Positions 1 through 11,936 of a stretch of 64,000 bases of DNA are shown here, in pieces. The stretch is from NCBI RefSeq assembly GCF_035084215.1, contig NC_090332.1:14198001-14262000 (forward strand), read 5' to 3'. The DNA comes from Heptranchias perlo. Lineage: Eukaryota. Under the pieces are notes generated by a model. That model was not told the origin of the DNA. It searched no databases and saw only the letters and a list, made by a program, of their open reading frames with translations. Positions within the stretch are counted from its first letter, which is position 1. Every line of letters begins with the position of its first letter. The translations under genes and the position numbers were made by a program.

Positions 1-292
1 GAGCCTACAGGTATGATCCTTGATTTTCATCGGCCCACCATTGGTGGCCATGCCTTCAGCTGCCTAGGCCCTAAGTTCTGGAATTCCCTCCCTAAACCTC
101 TCCACCTGTCTACCTCTCTCTCCTCTTTTAAGACACTCCTTAAAACCTACCTCTTTGATCAAGCTTTTGGCCACCTGTCCTAATATCTCTATGCGGCTCC
201 GTGTCAAATTTTGTTTGATAACGCCCTATGAAGCACCTTGACAGGTTTTACTACATTAAAGATGCTATATAAATGCAAGTTGTTATTGTTGC
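1..292 (+). mobile_element. L2-type LINE 3' end
   Basis: ggccatgccttcagctgcctaggccctaag...ctatataaatgcaagttgtt tail shared with 8085-8450 and others. Confidence 0.7.
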
Positions 293-294
293 TG

Positions 295-1870
295 ATAAAA
301 ATAAGAGAATATGAGAAAATAAGGACGGAGGTTAAGAGGGAGATAAGGAAAGCAAAGATGGAGTGTGAGGAGAGAATCTCAAAAATATTAAACAGAACAG
401 TAAATTATTCTACAAATATTTCAGTAAAATATATACTGTTAAACATTAGACAAGATCTTGAGAGGAGATGATACTATGTTAATAGAAGATAAACAGAAAT
501 TGGTGAGGGTATGGAACAAGTACTTCACATCAGTGTTTACGAAAGAGAAGGATGCTGTGGAGGAGGTAAATCCTGAATTGGTTAAAAGTGAGATGAGGAT
601 ATTATATCGAATGAAAGTATTAGAGAAGTTAGTTAAGCTACATGAGACAAAGTGCTGCGACTGACAGGATGCATTCAAGGATCCAGAGGGAAATGGGGGA
701 AGAAATAGTGGAGGCCCTGGAGATTTAATTTCAGGGATCTAGTCAGTGTGGATGCATGCTGGAGGACTGAAGAGTGGCCAATGTAATATCTATTTTCAAA
801 GTGGGAAACAAAGCTCACCTGGGTAATTGCAGGCCAATTAGTTTAACATCTGTGGTAGGGACATTTTTGGAATCTTTAAAGATGAAGTTACTAAATATCT
901 AGATGAAAAGAAAGTGAGTAGATGCAACCAACACAGATTTCAGAAAGTAAGAACATGCTTGACAAATTTAATAGAGTTCTTTGAGGAGGTGATAGATATG
1001 ATGGATGGGGAAATGCCATGGATGCGGTGCACATGGACTTTCAGAAAGCCTTTGACAAGGTATCACACAGAAGAGGTATGGAATTAGGGGAAAGGCAGAA
1101 AGTTGGATTAAAAACTAGTTAGAGGGGAGGGAACAGAGCTTCTCAGACTGTTTGCGAGTGGGTACCAATATCCAACAATATTCAATATCCTGCTTCCCTT
1201 CACTGTGTATGTCAATGATTTGAATAGAGGGCTAGTCCAAATGTGCAGACAAAACTAAATTAAGAGGCATTGTAAATAATTCTGGAGGACCAAATGAAGC
1301 TGACAAGAGTTACTGATAAGATGATGGAATGGGCAAAGAAATGGCAGAAGAAATGTCAGTAAATGTGAGGTGATTCATTTTGGTGAAAAAAGGTAATTAT
1401 ACTTTGAATGGGGGAAGGCTGGGTGATATGGAATAGCAGAAGAGTTTGGGGTTCACAAGACATTAAAAGCAGCACCTCAAGTAGATAATGCCATAGAAAA
1501 AGCTAAATACTGAGTATAATAGATATAAAATATAGAAGTTGATACTAGGGTTTTATATAGATTTACCTAAACGTAAGACCACAATTGGAATACTGCATGC
1601 AGTTTTGGGCTCCATACTATAGCAAGGATGTTGAGGTAAGAGAGAGGGTACAGCGCATAGTCACAAAGATGTTGCCTGGTATGAGGAAAAAGAAATGCGA
1701 AAAAAGACATGAAAAATTGGGGCTGTTTTCATTAGGACAAAGGAGATTACCGGGTGAGTAAAATTATGACAGTAATGGGACAGGTTGATAGAAACGGACT
1801 GTATCTAGTGATTGGGGGCACTAGAATGATGGGTGCATAGATATAAGATTAAATGCAAGAGATTTAGGAC
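295..1870 (+). mobile_element. Old degenerate CR1 LINE ORF2 fragment
   Basis: Remnants of [31 protein letters not shown] with many frameshifts. Confidence 0.8.
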
Positions 1871-3432
1871 AGTGATCAATAAAATATGCTGCCACTTAGT
1901 GACCTACATTTAAGAAAAGCAAAGAACAAAATAAATCTCTTTCTCCCCATCTGCAGTTTTGCATTATAATAAATCAGCAAGAGTGGCAAGTCAAATGGCA
2001 CATACAAATAAACCACTGGCAACAGATTATATAGGAACATATTTTCTATTGTATGCCCACCATTAATGAACGTAACTTAAATGATTCTCTTGGTTGAATG
2101 AACATGGACCCCTTAGGTTTGGCGTAACAAAAGTAAATTATTTAAGAGTTAAAATCAGCTTGGTAGAAAATGCAAAACTCTGCATCTGGCTTCACCTCCC
2201 CCTCAATTAGCCACTGTAGCTATCAACCTAAAAACTTGATAACCACAAAAAATTCCAGGCCACCGACATTGAATTTTAGTTTGTTTCACCTCACCTCTGA
2301 ATCACACAAGTAAAGGCACAGTGTAATTCAAAAAAATGCAAGAGAGTTCAGTTATTATAAAACAAAGTTGTAACTGAAACAATTCAGCCCATCACCATTC
2401 ATCCACACATTACGAATTTGGCCTTCAATTGTTCTGCAGAACCAGATGAATATTATAATATGCAGTAATGGATATGTAGGAGTTATTACAAGGCTAAAAT
2501 GCAATTTAAAAGATTGAGAGATTATCCATAGGAGCAGTGGTCAAAGAATTTATAACCACCATCTGAACCCAGGATTAGGTTACACTTTTGAAATCATTTT
2601 TTTTAAAAACATAGAATTACATTGAATTCTATAGCACAGAAACAGGCCATTCGGCCCAACAGGTCTATACTGGTGTTAATCCTCCATTTTTTGCTATGTT
2701 ATTCTCTAGCACTTGCACTGCTCCAGATTTATAGAAGGTTCTGTTTCACTTTTGGTGCGGACAGTGGTCGTTAATGTATACCCTGACTGCCCCACGTACT
2801 TGATGAGTTATGATGTTCACACAAGAGGATTAATGATTTGTAATGTCAATTACAGCAGGTTTTTCAAAATATAATCTACAGTTGATGTCCGGTATAGATT
2901 GTATTAGTTTTTCTCACTGTCTAAAGTCTAAGAAAACATGCAACTATAAAAAAAAAGGTTCCTCGCACTGAGTTAAAGACTATATACAATCTTCCTTCTG
3001 GGTTTACCGCAGTAGGTAAATACACCATGTGGCAATCATACAAACTAGGAAGATCTTACACTCAATCCTCAATCTGAGTTTGCCAACCTCTAGTAGGAGT
3101 AGTAGGAAACTATAATCACCCAGTGTTTCCTACCAGAAATGCTTGTGTGTGAACCACAGTTCCTGATTTGACTGTGCCAGCCGCAAAGTGAAATCACCAG
3201 CCATCACTCACGGTCCAGGCTCACATAGCAAATACAGCCACCAGGGTAACATACGATTGGAGTTGCCTAACGAACAATAAAGTTCCTCGCAGTAAATTCA
3301 GCTCCATTCACTAATTAAAAGAAAATCACACATGTTACTACTGCAACATCTTGTGACTAAATCAGATTTGAAGAGAAAGTCGTAGTGTATGGTTGGTCTA
3401 CTCATTAATTCAAAGAAAGACTTGCATTTATA

Positions 3433-4593
3433 TTTTTTTTATTATTCGTTCATGGGATGTGGACATCACTGGCAAGGCCAGCATTTATTGCCCATCCCTA
3501 ATTGCCCTTGAGAAGGTGGTGGTGAGCCGCCTTCTTGAACCGCTGCAGTTTGTGCGGTGAAGGTTCTCCCACAGTGCTGTTAGGTAGGGAGTTCCAGGAT
3601 TTTGACCCAGCGACGATGAAGGAATGACGATATATTTCCAAGTCGGGATGATGTGTGACTTGGAGGGGAACGTGCAGGTGGTGTTGTTCCCATGTGCCTG
3701 CTGCCCTTGGCCTTCTAGGTGGTAGAGGTCGCTAGTTTGGGAGGTGCAACCTGTAGATGGTATACACTGCAGCCACAGTGCGCCGGTGGTGAAGGGAGTG
3801 AATGTTTAGGGTGGGGGATTGGGTGCTAATCAAGCTGGCTGCTTTGTCCTGGATGGTGTTGAGCTTCTTGAGTGTTGTTGGAGCTGCACTCATCCAGGCA
3901 AGTGGAGAGTATTCCATCACACTCCTGACTTGTGCCTTGTAGATGGTGGAAAGGCTTTGGGGAGTCAGAAGGTGAGTTACTTGCCACAGAATACCCAGCC
4001 TCTGACCTGCTCTTGTAGCCACAGTATTTGGCTGGTCCAGTTGAATTTCTGATCAATGGTGACCCTCAGGATGTTGATGGTGGGGGATTCGGTGATGGTA
4101 ATGCCATTGAATGTCAAGGAGAGGTGGTTAGACTCTCTCTTGTTGGAGATGGTCATTGCCTGGCACTTGTCTGGTGCGAATGTTACTTGCCACTTATCAG
4201 CCCAAGCGTGGATGTTGTCCAGGTCTTGCTGCATGTGGGCTCGGACTGCTTCATTATCTGAGGGGTTACGAAAGGAACTGAACATTGTGCAATCATCAGC
4301 GAACATTCCCATTTCTGACCTTATGACGGAGGGAAGGTCAATGATGAAGCTGCTGAAGATGGTTGGGACTGCGCTGTGGAACTCCTGCAGCAATGTCCTG
4401 GGACTGAGATGATTGGCCTCCAACAATCACTACCATCTCCCTTTGTGCTAGGTATGACTCTAGCACTGGAGAGTTTTCCCCCTGATTCCCATTGACTTCA
4501 ATTTTACGAGGGCTCCTTGGTGCCACACTCGGTCAAATGCTGCCTTGATGTCAAGGGCAGTCACTCTCACCTCACCTCTGGAATTCAGCTCTT
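3433..4593 (-). mobile_element. CR1/L2-group LINE family A, 3' part, nested in a SINE
   Basis: MFADD RT motif, [27 protein letters not shown]; A-rich tail at 3433. Confidence 0.88.
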
Positions 4594-4624
4594 TTGACTA
4601 TGTTGAAGGCTAAAATTAGATCTG

Positions 4625-4870
4625 GAGCCATTCATGACTTCAGGATGTCCCAAAGCGCTTTACAGCCAATTAAGTACATTTGGAAGTGCAGTTACTGTTG
4701 TAATGTGGGAAATGCAGCAGCCAATTCGCACACAGCAAGGTCCCACAAACAGCAATGTGATAATGACCAGATTATCTGTTTTTAGGTGTTGGTTGAGGAA
4801 TAAATATTGGCCAGGACACCAGGGAGAACTCACCGGCTCTTCTTCAAAATAGTGCCATGGGATTTTCTTC
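4625..4870 (-). mobile_element. DeuSINE-like SINE (remainder)
   Basis: caggatgtcccaaagcgc...gcacacagcaaggtcccacaaacagcaatg repeated at 42335-42680, 59075-59420 and inverted at 31100-31470. Confidence 0.65.
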
Positions 4871-4994
4871 AAAAAGATTCAATGGTCTCTGCTTCAATCC
4901 TGTCGCAAAGCATTTCAAGCTCCAAGACCCTAGTGTGCAAAGAGATTTCTCCTAACTTCTACCTTCATTTTATCACTCTAAAAAAAAGGAGCTC

Positions 4995-5410
4995 AAGGCG
5001 TCAGCTTGGCTCAATTAGAAGGTCGTTGGTTCAAGTCCATCGCCAAGACCTGAGCACGCAACCTAGGGCTGACACAGTACTGAGGGAGTGCTTCACGATC
5101 AGAGGTACCATCCTGTGAATGAGACATTAGATCCACATCCCATGCAATGTTTCAGTAATTCAGGTGGATGTTAAAGATCGCGGAGCACTATTCGACGAAG
5201 AGTTCTCCCAGTGCCCTGGCTCTCAAAACTTCCTCAACTGAATTAACGGGTCACTCGTCTCTGTATGGGATCTTCCAGTGCTAAAAAACGGCCCACATAA
5301 CAATCACTGCAATTCCAATGAAATTCTGTGTGTGTGTGTGTGTGTGTGAAGTGCTTGATAAAAGTTTCTGAGATGCCGGATGGAGCTTTACATAAATGCA
5401 AGTCTTTCTA
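4995..5410 (+). mobile_element. tRNA-derived SINE with (TG)n at 5327-5348
   Basis: A/B-box-like head (tggctca...ggttcaagtcc); L2-like tail ataaatgcaagtcttt. Confidence 0.6.
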
Positions 5411-5548
5411 ATATGTCGATCGCGGGGTGGCTGTCGCACAGCTCCAGGTGTTTGGGGGTTGGTGACCATCAGTGTCACCCTGTCACCACTCTCGATGCCG
5501 ACCCGTTGTCCCAGGGCCCAGCGGCCGCTCCGCTCCGCTCCCTCTTAC

Positions 5549-5723
5549 CTTCCTCCTCTTTCACATTCACCACATCCACCGCCACCATGTCCGGCTTGTC
5601 CAGCCCGATGCCGAACGGGGAGATCTTCCTCTCAGTCACTCCCGAGGGCACCACGTCGGGCTTGGGCCCGAATTTGCGGGGGTAATAATCCCCGCTCAGG
5701 TAGCGCGACGTGTCTTCCGCCAT
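5549..5723 (-). CDS. First coding exon of an unidentified gene (MAEDTSRYLSGDYYPRKFGPK...VVNVKEEE, phase 1)
   Basis: CpG-rich region; strong Kozak AAGATGGCGG; open for 58 codons +1 nt up to consensus donor AAG|GTAAGA; GC boxes just upstream. No downstream exon identified in the window. Confidence 0.7.
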
Positions 5724-5800
5724 CTTCAGCCGCCGCACTGGAGCCGCCCCGCCCCACACACGCCTCTTAAAGCGGCACCGGTTCCCCACTTCTCGACCCC
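5717..5800 (-). promoter_or_regulatory. CpG promoter of the unidentified gene
   Basis: YY1-type CCGCCATCTT over the ATG, tandem CCGCCC GC boxes at about 5744-5754, TTTAAGA TATA-like element at about 5765-5771 (minus strand). Confidence 0.55.
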
Positions 5801-6090
5801 CCTCACAAGAAAGACAAATATACACCGTACATAAACACTTCATTTACACTAAATCCATCTTCCTGAAATATGAGAGTTTACTTTTTTTGTAATTCATCTC
5901 TTAAAATTGATTTATGGTCTATAGACGGAAATTATATTTATACCATAGACTCTTACAGCACAGGAGGAGGCTATCCGACCCATCGTACCCGTTCCGGCTC
6001 TTTGAAAGAGCTATCCAAATAGTCCCATTCCCCTGCTCTGTTCATAACGAAGTTTTGTGTATGTGTATATTACTGTATTACTTTTTATAA

Positions 6091-6403
6091 TAGCCATGAT
6101 GTGGAGATGCCGGTGATGGACTGGGGTTGACAAATGTAAAGAATCTTACAACACCAGGTTATAGTCCAACAATTTTATTTGAAAATCACAAGCTTTCGGA
6201 GGCTTTCTCCTTGGTCAGGTGAATGTGGGAATCCTTGAACGTTTCCCATTTATATTCAGAGAACAATACCTGGTGTTCTCTGAATATAAATGCGAAACGT
6301 TCAAGGATTCCCACATTCACCTGACGAAGGAGAAAGCCTCCGAAAGCTTGTGATTTTCAAATAAAATTGTTGGACTATAACCTGGTGTTGTAAGATTCTT
6401 TAC
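6091..6403. mobile_element. Penelope-like element remnant with inverted pseudo-LTR (130-bp arms)
   Basis: Arms 6136-6265 and 6274-6403 with 2 mismatches; TTACTTTTTATAA duplicated at 6078-6090 and 6400-6412; same family as 38140 and 42421. Confidence 0.85.
6316..6354 (+). ncRNA. Minimal hammerhead ribozyme motif (PLE type)
   Basis: UCAC-CUGACGA-A-GGAG(aaagc)CUCC-GAAAGCUU-GUGA: intact core, stems I and II, palindromic AAGCUU in place of stem III. Confidence 0.65.
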
Positions 6404-6629
6404 TTTTTATAAGGAAGGGGAATGTTCAGCTAACTAGGAAATTGTGTTGTACAGTAATTGATAACTGTGATCAAGGGAAGCCAACCATCAAATCCTAAAC
6501 TGTGAATCAGATACAAAATATCCATACCCCCTCCCTATGTGGAGGTTGAGGGTTTGGGAGATGCTGCCAAAGAAGCCTTATTGACTAACATAAACAATTG
6601 TGAATATAATTATGTTCGAGCATATACTT

Positions 6630-6980
6630 CAATGGCTCAGCTGGGTAAAACTATCAGTAGCCGAACCACATAGACCGAGAAGGGCTATGACTCTATCCCC
6701 AGTATGGGTTGAGTTAGCTGATCTCGGTCAATGTGGCATTAGGGGTGCTACAAGCCTCTTTGGCTGCTCCTGCGCTAAGGAGGGGAAAACTGACAATGGA
6801 TTCCACTTCTGATCAATATCCAGTAACCCACGATGGAAGTGAGCAACAAGTTATCATTGGGTGAGGTTCAGATCGGGCTCGGCAAACATACTCACTGTGG
6901 TCAAATAGTCTGCTGACACGAACTAGTACACATAAAGGATGTTCACTTGGGTTAGGTAATGGAGAGCATTGGCACCCCAG
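6630..6980 (+). mobile_element. Ancient tRNA-like SINE family
   Basis: gagttagctgatctc core recurs near 14180, 33470 (rev), 35780 and 55640 (rev). Confidence 0.45.
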
Positions 6981-7099
6981 CAAGAAGTCAATGAGGGGAG
7001 TAAATAGTCAAAATAGCAGTGGGGAAAAATGCACTCAACCTAAAAAAAATGCTAAGCTTGTATGACAGCGCACTCGAAATATTCCAAACGAGTTCCTGT

Positions 7100-7191
7100 C
7101 AGTACGGTGTCCCGCGCGTGTGTGGGTCACGGGGCTTCCTTCCGGACTGAAGTGCGCAGAATCAGGTTTACTGCCGGGACGACCCATGGAG
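7100..7191 (+). promoter_or_regulatory. CEBPZOS: Putative CEBPZOS promoter and non-coding exon 1
   Basis: Local CpG cluster, ETS-like CTTCCTTCCGG, donor GAG|GTGAGG at 7191/7192; the next exon starts 1 nt before the CEBPZOS ATG, so an upstream exon is required. Confidence 0.6.
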
Positions 7192-7419
7192 GTGAGGTCA
7201 TGCGGAATGGCTGCAGGTCATTAAAATAACTGGGCCTGGGGAGAGAGAAGTCGGGATATCACGGGTATCAGGACAACGTCCCGGACTTTGTGTATTCGGT
7301 TCAAGAAGGCGGCTCACCACCACCTTCTCAAGGGCAATAAATGCTGGCCTTGCCAGCGACGCCCACATCCCATGAACGAATAAAAAAATTGGGAGTCGGG
7401 CACCGTGACTGAGGTTAGC

Positions 7420-8075
7420 GGTGGGTACAGAGGGTTCAATGTCTCAGGGTACAGGCTGGGTACAGAGGGTTCAATGTCTCGGTACAGGCCGGGTACAGAG
7501 GGTTCAATGTCTCTGGGTACAGGCCAGGTACAGAGAGCTCAATGACTCTGGGTACAGGTTGGGTAGAGAGAGTTCAATGTCTCGGGGTACCGGCTGGGTA
7601 CCGAGGGTTCACTGTCTCGGGGTACAGGTTGTGTAAAGAGAGTTCAATGTCTCAGGGTACAGGCTGGGTACCGAGGGTTCAATGTCTCGGGGTACAGGTT
7701 GTGTAAAGAGAGTTCAATGTCTTGGGGTACAGGCCGGGTTCTGAGGGTTCAGTGTTTCTGGGTGCAGACCAGGTACTGAGGGTTCAGTGTCAGGTTACAG
7801 GTGGATAAGGACTGGGTACTGAGGGTTTAGTGTCTCCGGGTACTATGGGTTCAGAGTCTAAGGGTACGGATGGTTGTGTCTGAAGTTACAGGTAGGTACA
7901 GGCTGAGTACAGATGATTGTGTGTCTGGTTACAGGTAGGTACAGGCCGAGTACTGAAGATTCAGTGTTGGATTACAGGTGGGTACAGGCCAGGTACCGAG
8001 AGTTCAGTGTCGTGTTATAGGTGGGTACGGGCTGGGTACTGAGAGTTCACTATGTGGTTACAGGTGGGTGTGGGT
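7420..8075 (+). repeat. Minisatellite, about 33-bp unit GGGTACAGGCYGGGTACAGAGGGTTCAATGTCTC
   Basis: About 20 tandem copies decaying toward the 3' end. Confidence 0.9.
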
Positions 8076-8084
8076 CAGTGTTTG

Positions 8085-8450
8085 GTAACAAAATTTGACA
8101 CCAAGCCACCTAAGGAGATATTACGACAGGTGACCAAAGTTTGGTCAAAGAGGTAGGTTGTAAGGGGCATCTTAAAGGAGGAGAGGTAGAAAGGCAGAGA
8201 GGTTTAGGGAGCGAATTCTAGAGCTTAGGGCCTAGGCTGTTGAAGGCATGGCCACCAATGGTGGAGTGATTAAAAACTGGGATGCGCAAGAGGCCAGAAT
8301 TGGAGGAGGGCACAGATCTCGGAGGGTTGTAGGATAGAAGGATGTTACAAAGATAGGGAGGGGCAAGAACATGGAGGAATTTGAAAACGAGGACGAGAAT
8401 TTTAAAATCGTGCATTGCCAGACCAGGAGCCAATGTAGGTCAGCGAGCAC
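8085..8450 (-). mobile_element. L2 LINE 3' fragment
   Basis: LADLHWL, FKILVLVFK, APPYL, GGHAF motifs. Confidence 0.8.
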
Positions 8451-8699
8451 AGGTGGGCAATAATCACACAGTATAATAGTTGTCTAGGCACTCAGTGTTA
8501 AATAGTTTATTTCTACTTGCTTTAATGCAGTAGATAATCAGATTAGCGACAGCAGCCAACCATGTTCATATGTGTGACATTGTGTTAGTCTTAATTTTTC
8601 TTGCATATGATTGCAGATAATGGGTGAATTATTCTTGTGGCATTGTGTTTTGAGGTCTATCTGCTGCTCATTCTTTTGTAGCAACTACATGTAATGCAT

Positions 8700-9420
8700 T
8701 TGTGGATTATAACAACATTTTCACCTTTAATGTATCAAAATCTCACGTGGTGGGGAAAGATGCCAAGCAGGAGTTGGGAGGGATGACTGAAACTGCAAAG
8801 AGATAGCTTTTGTGCTTGAAGATGGGAAGAGGTGAAGCAGGGTTTATGGTTTAGGTAGGGAGTTCCATAGAGCAGGATTGTGAAGACTTACAGCTTTGTC
8901 ACTGATGCTTGAGAGGGGGGAGAAAACACACAATCGAACGGAGTTGGAAAAGCTGAGATTGCAAGATAACTCGGGCTGGAGGAGGTTGCAGAGGTAGGGG
9001 TGTAGCAAGACCATGAAATGATTTATAAATGAGCATGGGAATTTCAAAATCAATGCTTTGGGAGTCAAGGAGCCAGTCGTAATAGGTGAACAGTAATTTG
9101 CGCAGGGTAAGATGTGGTGGCAAAGTTGGGATTTGTCAAGGGGGGCAGCTGAAGAGAGCTTTAGAGTAGTTGAGCCCTGAAGTGATTACGTCATTGATCA
9201 AGGTTTAAGCAGCAATTGGATTGAAGTAGGAATGTAGAGGATGGCATTACAGAGGTGTAAATTGGTAATCTTTGCAATAGACTTGATGTGGAATTTGAAG
9301 CTCTGCTCAGGATTGAAGAGGACACTAAGGTTACGTACTGTTGGGTTCGACCTGAGCAAGCAGTTGGAGAGGAGAATGGAATCAGAGGCTAAGATGTGAA
9401 GTTTCCGGTGGGATGACTTC
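8700..9420 (-). mobile_element. Old L2 fragment
   Basis: PYLCNLLQP, ALWNSLPKP remnants. Confidence 0.65.
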
Positions 9421-10354
9421 AGTGTTCAAGATAGTAACTGATCTCAAAACTTATCCTTATTCAAGAAAAAATAAGAATGTTGCTTGTGGGTTAAGGAGGA
9501 ATTGGGGCCAAGGCAAGGCTTTTTTAAGTGAATGCATAATCCAGGACCTGCAGCCTGAGGCGTGGAGCTTGAGTCGGTAGGAGTACTCTACCCAGAATGT
9601 AATTCAGTGGGCTACATAGTAGACAAAAAATCTGGAATCATCTAAGAAACAATTGAATGTTGTGATGGAGAGAACTGTAGGTTCTCACTGATTAGATGGG
9701 CTGACTGGTCTTCCTCCTATGGATCTATTTTATGACATGCCAGTTTTCCATGAGAATATATTTTCAGATGTCACTTGTTGCTTTAGAACATGTGGAATCA
9801 AATGTATAGGAATTTGCTCTTTGATGTAATTAGTGACATTGCATCTCACTCAAAACCGATTTTGTTCTAAAGACATCCACTAGATAACATCAGAACACAA
9901 CCTATGTTATGTTGTGTCCCTTGTTGGTGAGAATATCTGTTGGGTTGAAACAAATTTTTGATACTAGCTATAGATTTGTTGTGGCAGTCAAATCTGTGAT
10001 GAAATTAAATTGTCTCTGTGAATGCTGCTTGTGATTTATCTGCAGACATTCAGCCTAATTTGCTTTTGTTTTCTTTTAACCTGACTGGTAAGAGACCTTC
10101 ACTGATGGCACAGCCAAGATCAATAAATGTGTGAATGGGGAGTCATAATTGGGAATACACATCTGTGCTACACCAGTGATGCACCACAGCACCAGCCACA
10201 CTCACTGATGTGAATTATCATACCATATCACCATTAGGGACAAGATCTATTTCAAATGCCCATGAGATTTAAAAAAAATCTGTATTCTCCTTTCCTTGTA
10301 AACTATGCTACTATAGACAAGATGTTCATGGACTCTCCCTGTTTCTCTTTAAGA

Positions 10355-10472
10355 ATGGCACCTAAAACTATGGAACCATTTGCAAGAAAGCTTTTTAAGG
10401 GAGTTTTATTCTTGGAGTTTGCAGGAGTAATAGGAGCATACTGGGTGTTTCATAGAATGAACGTCAGTCAAG
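10355..10472 (+). CDS. CEBPZOS: CEBPZOS coding exon 1
   Basis: ttaag|A ATG ... CAAG|gtaagg. Confidence 0.92.
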
Positions 10473-11699
10473 GTAAGGACGATTGCTACATTCTCCCAAT
10501 ACAGCATTGTAACATTTCCCTCCATAGTTTAACCACTAAAGTAGGACTGACTTTTGTTCAGTTAATAATTGAATAACTTGAGGTCCTAGCAGAAAAGTAT
10601 GAACACAATCAATATACAAGGATAAATATGTTTGACAAGGATGTATACTGGAGTTATCTGATAAATATGAAAAGCATATAATTACATGATTTGCTTCCCT
10701 TTTAATGATTTGTGGAACTTTAATCAATTTTATACAAATTGCTTCTTTCCCCTAATCTGACAGTTGGCAGAATTGTCAAGAGTGATTAGGTTAACTGTGC
10801 TACATTTCATGCTAGGATTATTAGCACCTGCTGCTTCCCAGCTGCAGATCTGTTTCCAGATTCTTATAGAATCTGCATTTTTTGAAAAATTGTTAACATA
10901 TTCAGATCTGACATTTTGGTTTATATATCCCCAAGACGACAAAGTTTTCCATAAGCAAATAAAAAACTTTTGCTCTCCGGTGACTTTGTACAGTATTTCA
11001 TCTCGATGAAGTTTAAGGCAAAGTGCAGCTGACTACAGTATATTTTTTCCAGAGTTCAGACATACAGTAAACAGAAGGTTTCCCTCCATTTTGGAAGGTG
11101 AGTACTATCCTATTTGTTCTGAGCAGGTTAGAAAGATACATATGTTTGTGCTTTAAAACTATGAACATTTTGGAAGTTTCTAAGCAACTCCAAGTTCATT
11201 TTGGAATCAAATGTACCATAGGATATATCCATAGGGAATAAAACACAATCAAAGTGGTTTGGAAAGATCTAGGTGACAAGCAAATGTGGCTCAGCTTGCT
11301 AGTTTTTAATATCTAGAAATTTTATACAAAATGCATGGACTGTTCTAATATGACTAGCACAAGTGTTACTGCTTCAATGATTGAGGTACTGGTGTCTTCT
11401 GCACACACCACACTCACTATCATCTGACTCTGCTTCCATGGTTAGCCTTTTTATAGACAGTTTAAAAAAAAAAGCACTCTAGCTTTTAAGGATGGAGAAG
11501 ACAGTGCAGAGGGAATGTTCCTGATGTTGGGTGATTTAAAGATCAAAAATATGCAGACTAAAATCCATTTTATAATTTATTGATCCAAAATAAATTGTGT
11601 TTACAATTTTCAGTTTATTATAAATCCAATGAGTGGGCAGGAATTTATGGAATCAGAGAGCAGGATCAGGAAACCTGGTCCAGCAGACATAACCAGTAA
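10355..11699 (+). CDS. CEBPZOS: CEBPZ opposite strand protein (small single-TM protein, 82 aa); join 10355-10472, 11053-11097, 11614-11699
   Basis: MAPKTMEPFARKLFKGVLFLEFAGVIGAYWVFHRMNVSQEFRHTVNRRFPSILEVYYKSNEWAGIYGIREQDQETWSSRHNQ resembles vertebrate CEBPZOS; canonical splice sites; tail-to-tail with CEBPZ. Confidence 0.93.
11053..11097 (+). CDS. CEBPZOS: CEBPZOS coding exon 2
   Basis: ttccag|...EFRHTVNRRFPSILE...|gtgagt. Confidence 0.92.
11614..11699 (+). CDS. CEBPZOS: CEBPZOS last coding exon
   Basis: ttttcag|...VYYKSNEWAGIYGIREQD...TAA. Confidence 0.92.
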
Positions 11700-11793
11700 A
11701 TACGTAAGTACAAAGTCTGTGATATATAAAAGTTGACTTGGTTGGGAGTAAGGAACAATGTTTGTTTTATATAAATGATTTAGTAAATATTGT

Positions 11794-11936
11794 TCATCTG
11801 TGCTTGTTTAAAAATCTTTTCTGTTTGTTTTGCAGTTTCTTGGCCTTGAAGGTCTTCTTCTGCTTACGTAATGTTTGCGTATCTTTGCCTCTGATCCAAG
11901 CATCACGATCAGATTCCCACTGTAGCTGCTTCATAC
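11794..11936 (-). CDS. CEBPZ: CEBPZ exon 17 (last coding)
   Basis: [18 protein letters not shown]...basic tail...TGA. Confidence 0.93.

Noticed and set aside
2690-2927. Candidate exon 2 of the unknown gene after the acceptor at 2928
   Set aside because: Stop codons appear within a few codons in all three frames.
5380-5892. Three overlapping plus-strand ORFs of 100-124 aa and one of 60 aa
   Set aside because: GC-rich antisense shadows of the minus-strand exon, with no supporting splice or Kozak signals.
7420-8075. CRISPR-like array or repeat-encoded ORF
   Set aside because: No unique spacers and eukaryotic context; an ordinary minisatellite.
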